The translations under genes were made by a program, and so were the position numbers. From a virus (taxonomy: Duplodnaviria > Caudoviricetes): a stretch of 27,288 nt of DNA. Shown in pieces: positions 18,645 to 26,454 of this stretch (its first letter is position 1; each line of letters begins with the position of its first letter). Below the pieces are notes generated by a model that had not been told where the DNA came from, searched no databases, and worked only from the letters and a program-made list of their open reading frames with translations. The stretch spans positions 1 to 27,288 of IMG/VR virus record IMGVR_UViG_3300034061_000103; one strand, 5' to 3'.

Positions 18645-19792
18645 TAAAGGAAGGCGTACCTGCCTGTACCTCGCTTCAAACTAAAGTTTTGCCAAGCAAG
18701 AGCTAAACTCATTACGGCGTCATCGTGAAAGCCTGAAGGTGCTGAGTACTTAACACCTGTTGCAGTATATTGATACTCAAATACTTCTAACTCCTGACTG
18801 ATTATCCCCTCAGGGTAGCCTATCTTACCTTGATGTATGGCAGCCTGTAACCCTTCCATTAGTTGTTGTTTACTTGAACTTGTGAACTTTAAGCCTTGTA
18901 TCATTACCCCTTCTCTTTGTAGGTCTTCAAGTATCGGGTCGCCAACCCCCGTAGAATCGACAAGGATAGGGCATTTAGGCAGCCTAAGTATAGTTTGCTT
19001 GGTATTGTGCCAATCCATTTGAAAGCGGTCAAAATAAGCCACATTCCCGTCTTCGTCTAATCCTACGATAACAGTCCAATCGACTGACTTGGCTAAGTCA
19101 ATCCCATAAGCTACAACAGGCATTGTTGTTACTGGGTGTATGCACTTTCGAATATGCTGACTCCCAAATGGGTTTGCTGCGTTCTCGGCAGGGTTTGCCA
19201 TATACTCTTGCTCGAAAACAACTTCTGGCAGTTGCCTACGGGCATCGTCTATCTCTTGTGGGTCTATGTAAGGGTTATCGTATGTAGTGAACTTAAAGCT
19301 TTGCCAATCGGGTTCGGCTTTGCTAAACAAACTAAAGAAGTAGTTTTTACCTTTAGGGGTGCTAAGGAATATAGCTTTACCCTTATAGTCAGTTAAGGTA
19401 GGTCTTATCGAGTTGAGCCACCCGTCTTCTAAGTTAGGTATAAAGGAAGCCTCGTCTACTATTACCAGGTTAAACTTGCGCCCTCTTAAGTTGTCCAAGC
19501 GTTCGCCTGTAAAGAACTCGACCTTGCCACCATTTGGGAAGCTAATATTTAAGTCCGATTTGTTATTAGGGAAGGGAAGGCTATTACATAACTTCTCAAA
19601 GAATACCTTAGCCAATTTATAGGTAGGTGTTATGTAAGCTACCTGACCGCCTTTTATTGCGGTTGTAATACATTTGATTTGGCTCAACTCCGATTTGCCA
19701 AACCTTCGACCGCACATAACTACTATGTACCTGGCTTCGCAGTCAAGTATCTTCTTTTGGTTTATATGTCCGTTAGGTAGTTCTATCCGCAT
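18644..19792 (-). CDS. terL: Terminase large subunit
   Basis: Walker A CGRRFGKS, Walker B VIVDEA, motif III FLSTPKG, nuclease YGIDLA and HDDAVMSLALA. Confidence 0.95.
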   Translation of the reverse strand: MRIELPNGHINQKKILDCEARYIVVMCGRRFGKSELSQIKCITTAIKGGQVAYITPTYKLAKVFFEKLCNSLPFPNNKSDLNISFPNGGKVEFFTGERLDNLRGRKFNLVIVDEASFIPNLEDGWLNSIRPTLTDYKGKAIFLSTPKGKNYFFSLFSKAEPDWQSFKFTTYDNPYIDPQEIDDARRQLPEVVFEQEYMANPAENAANPFGSQHIRKCIHPVTTMPVVAYGIDLAKSVDWTVIVGLDEDGNVAYFDRFQMDWHNTKQTILRLPKCPILVDSTGVGDPILEDLQREGVMIQGLKFTSSSKQQLMEGLQAAIHQGKIGYPEGIISQELEVFEYQYTATGVKYSAPSGFHDDAVMSLALAWQNFSLKRGTGRYAFL

Positions 19793-20154
19793 TAAAGAAT
19801 TGTCTTGCCGTCTACAAATACTATCTCTATTCTGTTATCTGTTTGAATATCCATTTGTTCTTTTGGCTTACCATAAACACGGGTAAGTAAAGTTTCTAAA
19901 CTATAAAGGCTGCCCTTCTCTAAGCTCTTACGCATAGCTGCTGCAATCGTTTTTTCAAGTATTGTTGCCTTGGGGTTATCCCATACTGTTTTAAGTTCCT
20001 CTAAGTCCATAGACATCATAGCTTGTATGGTATCGTTTATCTCAGCAAGTTTATATCCTTGCTCTTTAAGTAGGCTTACATACTTACGAGGTCTGCCGTT
20101 TGGGTTTCTTATCTCACCTTTTTGAACTGGCTTTAAATTATGTTCGTTTGCCAT
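19792..20154 (-). CDS. terS: Terminase small subunit (DUF5681-like N-terminus)
   Basis: NLKP..KGEIRNPNGRP N-terminal motif, RVYGKPKE C-terminal motif; directly upstream of terL with a 1-nt overlap. Confidence 0.75.
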   Translation of the reverse strand: MANEHNLKPVQKGEIRNPNGRPRKYVSLLKEQGYKLAEINDTIQAMMSMDLEELKTVWDNPKATILEKTIAAAMRKSLEKGSLYSLETLLTRVYGKPKEQMDIQTDNRIEIVFVDGKTIL

Positions 20155-20181
20155 ATCTTCTTATTTATCTCTTTGTTATTG

Positions 20182-20254
20182 AGCGGTAAGGTCGGTACTG
20201 CCCCGCCTTCTTTAATCTGGATTGACTAACGCATTACTTTTATGCTATAACCGC
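20182..20254 (-). tRNA. Non-canonical tRNA-Gly(UCC)-like element
   Basis: GCGGTTA-TA-GCAT-AAAAGTA-ATGC-G-TTAGT-CAATCCAG-ATTAA-AGAA-GGCGG-GGCAGTA-CCG(A)CC-TTACCGC-T folds as a cloverleaf: acceptor 6/7 bp, perfect D stem, UCC in the anticodon loop, U73; followed by CAA rather than CCA. Confidence 0.7.
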
Positions 20255-20872
20255 TTTTTTTGGATAATCTTTTTTTAATTTATTGCACAAATCTAACATT
20301 GTATTATGTAATGGATAAATATATTTTAATTTTCCTTTTGTTATATATTCAACAATATTATTTGTTTTATATACTAATTTAATGTTATTTATGTTTTTTG
20401 TATAACCAAATCTTTTGCACTTATCGGATATAGATTTTCCATGTATTCTTTTTCCGTCTATTACAAAACTGCCGTCTTTTTTATCTTCTAATGAAGCACC
20501 TACATAATACCAATTTGTTGCTTGATATATTACACCTGTATGTTCTTGGTCTTTATCAGCATAGCTAACAATTAATTTAGCCATAGGTACTAACTTCTTA
20601 ATTAATTTTAATGAGATAGATAATGCCTTAGATGTACTTTCTTGTTTTCCGTTTAGTGCCATTCTAACTAATTCTATAACTTGTCCTTGATTTAACCCAT
20701 AAGTATTTGCAATATTATTATTGGCTCCTGTGCCATATAAAATTACTCCGCACCACTCATTGTTATTATTGAATATAGAAAAACCAATAGTATTAACTGG
20801 CATTGATTTTGAATAATGAAAATTCAAACAAGCGTATTTTATAGCCTTATATGAAGCTTTTTCTAATCTCAT
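20240..20872 (-). CDS. mom: Mom-family adenine modification enzyme (GNAT fold)
   Basis: FHYS, GVILYG, ELVRMAL, SKALS.SLK, VSYAD..Q.HTGVIYQATNWYYVG and terminal KYIYPL...YPK align with phage Mu Mom motifs (HYS, ELNRMW, SFAD...GVVYQASNF, YPK). Confidence 0.85.
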   Translation of the reverse strand: MRLEKASYKAIKYACLNFHYSKSMPVNTIGFSIFNNNNEWCGVILYGTGANNNIANTYGLNQGQVIELVRMALNGKQESTSKALSISLKLIKKLVPMAKLIVSYADKDQEHTGVIYQATNWYYVGASLEDKKDGSFVIDGKRIHGKSISDKCKRFGYTKNINNIKLVYKTNNIVEYITKGKLKYIYPLHNTMLDLCNKLKKDYPKKAVIA

Positions 20873-21405
20873 AATTCTCCTGCCGATACTGAAAAAAATG
20901 CCTTAGGATATTTTCTATCTATCAATTCTACTATATCTATTTCTGCTTGTTGTAAATCTTCTACTGTATCAAATGTAATTTTTATTGTAGGTGGTTTATT
21001 TTTTTTATCTTCTGTTAATTCGTCTTCGCTTGGTAATTCCATAAAGCCAGGTATATCTAACCCCCAATCTATTAGCTGCTCACTATCCCAATTGTTAGCT
21101 AAATCATTCCAATCCCATTCGCCATAGCCTACGTTATCTTTAACTATAAATTCCTTTTGCTGCTGCTCGGTTAATTCACTTGCCTTAATGATAGGTATCT
21201 CTTTAAGTCCTGCTTCCTTACAAGCCTTTAATCTCATATTGCCACCAAGGACAACCATATCGTCATTAACTACAATAGGTCTAAGGTTAAGCATTTGTGG
21301 GAACTCGTTAATTGACTTAACAAGCTTTGCAAACTTATCGTCCTTAATTATTCTGGGGTTGTTTGGGTTTGCTTTTACTGTGTTGATTGGTACGTTTTGT
21401 ATCAT
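20869..21405 (-). CDS. ParB/Srx-like N-terminal domain protein
   Basis: NPNNPRII...KLVKSI.EFP.ML.LRPIVV...VLGGNMRLKA...IVKDNVGYGEWD, the phage ParB-N type often linked to DNA modification genes. Confidence 0.85.
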   Translation of the reverse strand: MIQNVPINTVKANPNNPRIIKDDKFAKLVKSINEFPQMLNLRPIVVNDDMVVLGGNMRLKACKEAGLKEIPIIKASELTEQQQKEFIVKDNVGYGEWDWNDLANNWDSEQLIDWGLDIPGFMELPSEDELTEDKKNKPPTIKITFDTVEDLQQAEIDIVELIDRKYPKAFFSVSAGEL

Positions 21406-21623
21406 AGTATTCCGTTAATTATGTCGTTTGCTTCGTCTATTGCGTCCTCTTGGTCTAAGTAAGTATCTACGTCTGCTATATGCTTGTTAATTAAAGTTTC
21501 TGCCATTGCATAGGTATAATGTCCTATCGTGGTCATATCATCTCCGTTTTTACCCGTCTTACATACTGCTAAGAAGTAAGCTTTGTGCGTAAGGAGTAGC
21601 CATATAGCATTTAGTTTTCTCAT
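21402..21623 (-). CDS. Hypothetical protein
   Basis: 73-aa ORF with 4-nt overlaps to both neighbours. Confidence 0.65.
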   Translation of the reverse strand: MRKLNAIWLLLTHKAYFLAVCKTGKNGDDMTTIGHYTYAMAETLINKHIADVDTYLDQEDAIDEANDIINGIL

Positions 21624-21742
21624 CTGCCTTGACCTTTGTATGGTTTAGGTCTTGGGTTATGCTTGTTAAAGGACTTCTTAGCCGAGCCTCGTTTCCTTTT
21701 CCCGAAATTTACTTTTGAACTATTTTCTTTAATCTTTGCCAT
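21620..21742 (-). CDS. Small very basic protein (MAKIKENSSKVNFGKRKRGSAKKSFNKHNPRPKPYKGQGR)
   Basis: 40 aa read manually; fills the gap, ATGA-coupled downstream; C-terminal Y(K/R)GQG(R/K) is a recurrent small phage protein motif. Confidence 0.75.
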   Translation of the reverse strand: MAKIKENSSKVNFGKRKRGSAKKSFNKHNPRPKPYKGQGR

Positions 21743-21989
21743 TCGGTATATTTTTTAAGTGTATCTCTTTTAAGAACTCCTTATATTGTTTTTTATCTCC
21801 GTATTCTATATGATGTTGCCTACATAAAGCCATAATGTTTTCTATTGTATCCTTATCTTTACTACCGCCCATACCTCTTGCTTCTATGTGGTGGCAATCT
21901 ACCGCTTGTGAGCCACACACTTCGCAAGGAATAAAGTCCGTTGTTTTATAACCCATCCCCTGCAAATATATTTGTGTGTGTTTCTGCAT
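21729..21989 (-). CDS. HNH endonuclease-like protein
   Basis: CEVC...VDCHHI...GMGG...ENIMALCRQHH; near the packaging genes. Confidence 0.8.
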   Translation of the reverse strand: MQKHTQIYLQGMGYKTTDFIPCEVCGSQAVDCHHIEARGMGGSKDKDTIENIMALCRQHHIEYGDKKQYKEFLKEIHLKNIPNGKD

Positions 21990-22043
21990 ACTTTCCCCAT
22001 TAAATTTTCCGTTAGTTAATAAATAAAAAATTAAGTATGCAAA

Positions 22044-22469
22044 TTATTTTCCGTCTATTTCTTTTAACTTATTGATTGCGTACTCAATACCACTCGTACC
22101 ACCCCACGCGTCCCAGGCAAGACCGCCACAACCTTCGCTATAAGGAACGTCTTTGTGTTGTTGATGTCTTTTAAACGAAGCCATACGAGCAATAGTGTCT
22201 CTACTAATCGGCTCACGATTTGCCAACTGCCTTGCTCTTGCTTTGCCTGTTGCTTCAAGACAAGAACCCCAACCATTTTTATCTGCCCATTCTATTGCCC
22301 TCTTTGCGTTGTTAGTTGCACTTTCAGGATAGTCGGTATAAGATTCAGCAAATTTACCACCTGCAAGGATAGCTTTCCAAACTTGCATAGCTTTTTCCTC
22401 GGTATCGTAGATGCAAGACCCGTTTCCAATCCGATATTTGCCATTAGAGGCGCACTTTGTTACTGGCAT
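22044..22469 (-). CDS. Hypothetical protein (SYTDYP..A.NNAKRA...WDAWGG domain)
   Basis: 141-aa ORF; the domain is recalled from phage head-morphogenesis proteins; function unknown. Confidence 0.65.
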   Translation of the reverse strand: MPVTKCASNGKYRIGNGSCIYDTEEKAMQVWKAILAGGKFAESYTDYPESATNNAKRAIEWADKNGWGSCLEATGKARARQLANREPISRDTIARMASFKRHQQHKDVPYSEGCGGLAWDAWGGTSGIEYAINKLKEIDGK

Positions 22470-23455
22470 AGTTTACTATAAATATACTTTCGGTCTAAAT
22501 TTATCTCGTCAAAGTTATACTTCTTTTGGCAGAACTCAAATAACTTCTGTCCGCTTTCCTTTCGCATATCCGCATCGCTGACTAAATCTCTTATATGTTT
22601 ATACCAATCCTTTTGGCTTTTAACGTAATGCACGGGCATATCTAAGTAAGGATTGACGTGGCTAACTATGGCAGGGTTCTTTTTAGCAGCCGTTTCTAAT
22701 ACCTTTAAATTTGACTTCATAGCGTTAAACTTGTTATCTACCAATGGGATAATTGAAATATCGCTATCCGTATAAGCACCCATATATTCCGTAACCTTTG
22801 CATAGTTATAGATCGTAGGGTTTAACTTTAGTCCGCAAGTGAAGGCATCTATCATTTTATCCCATATAGGTTTCTCCCCGTCATTGTAACCTGCTATTAC
22901 AGTTCTTATATTCATACCTTGTAACCTTTTAAAAGGCTGCCTAAGTATCTCTAAATCTCTTTCGTGCGTTCCGCTACCGCTCCAGAACAATCTAACTTTG
23001 TAATCTTCGGTCTTGTTGTCCTGGAACTGCTCTTTGCCGTAAGGTAATGCGTTAGGTAATATGTGAACGTTTTTATTGTATTTGGTTATCTCACTTGCCA
23101 ACCTTTCGTGTGTGCAAGTGCATAGGTCTGCTATCTCTAAGTAATCGGTAATTTGTTTACCTATGTTATTGTACTTGTATCTCCAATATAACAAATGGCT
23201 TTCGCTAAGTTCCCAGTGGTCATCATTGTCTACTACTAATTTAAACCCATACTTAGTGCGCCAAGTGTCCATTTGCTTTGCATCTATCTCGTTAAGCATT
23301 CTATTCATTAAGACAATATCCCACCCTTGCTCTAATAGTTCGTCATTAAGTACGTCTGTAATAAGTGCATACTCTTTTTCCATATTAACGATTGGCATCA
23401 TAATTCGGTGGTAGCCAACTCCCGAGTTAGCAGAAGTTATACAAAGTATTCGCAT
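22460..23455 (-). CDS. Glycosyltransferase, GT-B fold (GT4-like)
   Basis: SGVGYHRIMMP, VVDNDD.W, LPNAL, WSGSGTHERDL, DISIIPL.DNKFNAMKSNLKVLE motifs. Confidence 0.85.
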   Translation of the reverse strand: MRILCITSANSGVGYHRIMMPIVNMEKEYALITDVLNDELLEQGWDIVLMNRMLNEIDAKQMDTWRTKYGFKLVVDNDDHWELSESHLLYWRYKYNNIGKQITDYLEIADLCTCTHERLASEITKYNKNVHILPNALPYGKEQFQDNKTEDYKVRLFWSGSGTHERDLEILRQPFKRLQGMNIRTVIAGYNDGEKPIWDKMIDAFTCGLKLNPTIYNYAKVTEYMGAYTDSDISIIPLVDNKFNAMKSNLKVLETAAKKNPAIVSHVNPYLDMPVHYVKSQKDWYKHIRDLVSDADMRKESGQKLFEFCQKKYNFDEINLDRKYIYSKLCQ

Positions 23456-24120
23456 CTTATATTCTTTTGGTTGTGATATATGTCTTGGTTTTTATTCCAT
23501 ATACTTTGCGCCCTTGCCAAGCTTTCGTCTTTCATTCGTCTATATTCAGTTCCGTTGCCTACATCGTGTCCTATGTGTTCCGACCTCATATCTGGAAGGT
23601 AGTAATTAGTAAATCCTGAAATAGTTGCACGTTCTCCGTAATCTGCATCTTGCATTCCGTATGGGTCATACTCGGTATTGTAACCGCCTATCGTGTCTAT
23701 GAGTTCACGAGTAATAAAGTTATCTCCATAAGGTGTATGTACTTTATGCACCCCGTCTACTATTGGCGGTAATGCTTCTACACAATGTATTCCTATTATG
23801 CCTGTTTTTTCTATTCTTTGTGCAAACAATACAAACTTTGCTAACCAATTCTCAGGCAGTAATATGTCATTGGCTAATAAACAAACTGCATCGTAATTAG
23901 TAGTAAGCCTAAGTCCTGCGTTTACTCCTGCTGATATTCCTCGTTTTTCTTTTGATAAGTCATAACCTGCAAACGGGTAGTTAAAGGTTTCCTGCGTGTC
24001 GCTTCCGTTATCTATTAAAAAGCAATCAGCATTGTAACCGCTATTGTAAAAGTTTTGGTTAATTACACGCTGCGTTAAATCTTGCCTATTAAGAGTAAGT
24101 AATAAAATAGCTACTTTCAT
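23437..24120 (-). CDS. Glycosyltransferase, GT-A fold (GT2-like)
   Basis: LIDNGS, GISAGVNAGL, LLANDI, IGGYNTEYDPYGMQDADYGER motifs. Confidence 0.85.
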   Translation of the reverse strand: MKVAILLLTLNRQDLTQRVINQNFYNSGYNADCFLIDNGSDTQETFNYPFAGYDLSKEKRGISAGVNAGLRLTTNYDAVCLLANDILLPENWLAKFVLFAQRIEKTGIIGIHCVEALPPIVDGVHKVHTPYGDNFITRELIDTIGGYNTEYDPYGMQDADYGERATISGFTNYYLPDMRSEHIGHDVGNGTEYRRMKDESLARAQSIWNKNQDIYHNQKNIRCEYFV

Positions 24121-24599
24121 TATCTTATGTTTGAGCCGATTTCTCGTGCAGGTACTCCTGCATATTTAGTATTAGGTTTTGCATCTCCTTTTACAAAAGC
24201 ACTTGCTCCTATCATACAATTTTCTCCTACGTTTGCAAACTGATGTAGAACTGCGTTAAGTCCTATATTAGCACCTTGATCTATAATTGAATGTCCGCCT
24301 ATTTTTGCTCCGCAGCTTATTGTAACATTGTCTAAAATTGTGCAATCGTGTCCAATATGTGCGTGTTTCATTATGAAACAATTATTACCGATAAAGGTAT
24401 CAATCTCCGTACCTGCGTCTATTGTTACAAGTCCTGTAATAACATTGTTATCGCCTATGTATACTTTGCCTTTTTCTTTTTGCCAGAACTTTTTATGCTC
24501 GGCTTTGTCGCCTATAATACAATAAGCACCAATGTAGTTGCCATCTCCAATAATTACGTTATCGCCAATGATAGCGGTAGGGTGGATAAAGTTAGCCAT
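24120..24599 (-). CDS. Left-handed beta-helix acyltransferase (LpxA-like hexapeptide repeat)
   Basis: IHPTAIIG, hexapeptide repeats, HAHIGHDC (LpxA-type His motif), C-terminal AGVPAR. Confidence 0.88.
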   Translation of the reverse strand: MANFIHPTAIIGDNVIIGDGNYIGAYCIIGDKAEHKKFWQKEKGKVYIGDNNVITGLVTIDAGTEIDTFIGNNCFIMKHAHIGHDCTILDNVTISCGAKIGGHSIIDQGANIGLNAVLHQFANVGENCMIGASAFVKGDAKPNTKYAGVPAREIGSNIR

Positions 24600-24837
24600 T
24601 CTTTTTTTTATTTTTAGGTTTAGGTTGCTCTTCGTACCAAGTATACAAGCGTTTAATCATATCGAAGATACAATTACCGCACCATACTGTTAGTATGAAA
24701 TCTGGGCTCATATACTTGCGGTATATATGCTCATACATTTTTAAGATGTCTAAATCGATGTTACGCACATAACCATTTTGGACTGTATGCCAATTACCAA
24801 CGTGGTCATCTAAAAATTTGCGGTGTTCTATTTCCAT
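24592..24837 (-). CDS. Hypothetical CxxC protein; likely start MEIEHRKFLDD
   Basis: ATG at 24837 overlaps the upstream gene end; contains WCGNC. Confidence 0.65.
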   Translation of the reverse strand: MEIEHRKFLDDHVGNWHTVQNGYVRNIDLDILKMYEHIYRKYMSPDFILTVWCGNCIFDMIKRLYTWYEEQPKPKNKKKNG

Positions 24838-25061
24838 AAGTTCCACATTAATTTTGAAAGTAAAGGTGCTAACACTCCTGGTATAAATATAAACGCAATA
24901 ATATCGGTACATATTGCAGGTAGTAAATATAAAGCCAATCCTGTCCAAGCTGCTAAACAACTCGTGCAACTAAAAGGCTTAAAATCTAATTTCCACTTCC
25001 TATGAAATTGGTGTATCTCTACAAAGAATATTGCAAAGCATATCGCTGCTATAATTATCAT
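24828..25061 (-). CDS. Small membrane protein with CxxC (DUF1360-like)
   Basis: Hydrophobic segments around KPFSCTSCLAAWTGL. Confidence 0.65.
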   Translation of the reverse strand: MIIIAAICFAIFFVEIHQFHRKWKLDFKPFSCTSCLAAWTGLALYLLPAICTDIIAFIFIPGVLAPLLSKLMWNLWK

Positions 25062-25063
25062 AA

Positions 25064-25675
25064 TTAAAACATTTTTATTTGTTGTATATGTGTATTATAT
25101 CTTTTTAATGCTGCTTCATAGTATTGAGTATCTAACTCACAAGCGGTTAAATCAAATCCGTAATCGTGACAAGCTATTGCAATACTACCAGAACCTAAAT
25201 GTGTATCAAGTATTTTATCTCCTGACTTTGCATATTTATCTAAAAGCCATTTGTATAGTTTAATTGGTTTTTGAGTTGGGTGTATTTTATTTGCTCCACC
25301 CATGCCACTCATGTCATATTGCCTTGTAGCTTTATCAAATGAAGTCCAAGCAAGTTCTCCGTCTGCAAATGTCATTCCTTGTTGTTTAAACCAAAAAATC
25401 CATCCTTGGCTTGGTTTTAAAAATTCAGTAAAATAATTACCGCCCCATATAATTTGATTTATAGAAACTCTTTTTAATTCATCAAAATATTTTTTATTAG
25501 GTATTTCTTTGTCCCAATTTTTAAGTTCCCATTTTTTAAATCCACTACTTTTAGGCATACCTCCACTGTGTAATCTATTTATACCATAAGGAGGGTCTAC
25601 AATAGCAAGTTCAAAATATCCATTAGGATAACGTGACATTAACTCCATATTATCTTCATTAGTTAATGTTATCAT
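25064..25675 (-). CDS. DNA methyltransferase (N6-adenine/N4-cytosine, beta class)
   Basis: Catalytic IVDPPYG precedes HPTQKP and SAM-binding ILDTHLGSGS. Confidence 0.93.
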   Translation of the reverse strand: MITLTNEDNMELMSRYPNGYFELAIVDPPYGINRLHSGGMPKSSGFKKWELKNWDKEIPNKKYFDELKRVSINQIIWGGNYFTEFLKPSQGWIFWFKQQGMTFADGELAWTSFDKATRQYDMSGMGGANKIHPTQKPIKLYKWLLDKYAKSGDKILDTHLGSGSIAIACHDYGFDLTACELDTQYYEAALKRYNTHIQQIKMF

Positions 25676-26148
25676 TTTCGTAATTGTTTTTTAAGTTCAC
25701 GTTTGGTTAATTTTAGTTCCCTATGTATTGACATATAAGGTATGCCTGTAACCCTGCTTAATTCTTTAGCGTTGCAGTTGTGCTTAATAGCATACACTCG
25801 TAAAAGTTCCGCTTTGTACCAGTGCATCTTTGATAGTTCGTCTTCTACTTTGTTTAGTAAATCCTCGTCTCTATCGTGTACTATTAATTCTACTTCTAAA
25901 GGCTTTCGGTATGTTCTATAAAATTGGCTTGTGTTACTTTGCATCATATTAATCATTGTCCTAACCAAGTAGAACTTTAATACGTTGCGTGTACGCATAT
26001 CAATTAAACGTTCCTCGTCCATTTCACATAGCACCTTAAATAGTTCACTTCTTAAATCGTCTCGTAAATCTTCAGGCTGCATTTTGTCTATTGCTTCCTT
26101 AAGTTCTCGGCTTTCCCAAAGTTCTAATATGATGCTATTCTTGTTCAT
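25672..26148 (-). CDS. ECF-like RNA polymerase sigma factor
   Basis: 158 aa; region-2-like DDLRSELFKVL...FYLVRTMIN and region-4 HTH AKELSRVTGIPYMSIHREL. Confidence 0.65.
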   Translation of the reverse strand: MNKNSIILELWESRELKEAIDKMQPEDLRDDLRSELFKVLCEMDEERLIDMRTRNVLKFYLVRTMINMMQSNTSQFYRTYRKPLEVELIVHDRDEDLLNKVEDELSKMHWYKAELLRVYAIKHNCNAKELSRVTGIPYMSIHRELKLTKRELKKQLRK

Positions 26149-26440
26149 ATTCTTTTAAGGTTAGTTTGCCGTTCTCTTCGGTTGCTATGTAACAAAAACA
26201 ATTTGCCGTTTTTGCTAAGTTTAAAAATGCTATTTGATAGCTACTAAGTTTATCTCCAATGGCTTTTGTTTCGCAATAAACCGCTACTCCTGTTTGAGTG
26301 TGAAAGCCTACTACATCTGGAACTCCTTTAAGTCCTATAAAGGTGCGACCCCTAACTGCAAGATTATTGTTACGCCATACAAAGCACCCGTTTTTATTTA
26401 GAGTTTTGATAGCTTCTTTGGTTAATTCGTTTGCGGTCAT
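26135..26440 (-). CDS. VRR-NUC / PD-(D/E)xK nuclease (resolvase-like)
   Basis: VWRNNN...GVPDVVG...CETK...KLSSYQIAFL. Confidence 0.85.
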   Translation of the reverse strand: MTANELTKEAIKTLNKNGCFVWRNNNLAVRGRTFIGLKGVPDVVGFHTQTGVAVYCETKAIGDKLSSYQIAFLNLAKTANCFCYIATEENGKLTLKEYEQE

Positions 26441-26454
26441 ATTACAAAACTATA

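Noticed and set aside
20182-20254. Calling the element an ordinary translational tRNA-Gly or a simple terminator
   Set aside because: The T loop, D loop, T-stem bulge and anticodon loop are non-canonical, and four stems with no U tail do not fit an intrinsic terminator.
6387-22276. Nested minus-strand ORFs 6387..6581, 9821..10015 and 22064..22276
   Set aside because: They are alternative frames inside conserved genes, with no slippery site or leader noticed and no motifs.
24120-24599. Assigning the gene symbol lpxA (lipid A biosynthesis)
   Set aside because: At 159 aa it lacks the C-terminal helical domain of true LpxA; the substrate is unknown.
24838-24969. 5' extension of ORF 24592..24969
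   Set aside because: It lies within the membrane-protein gene; ATG at 24837 gives a normal short overlap.
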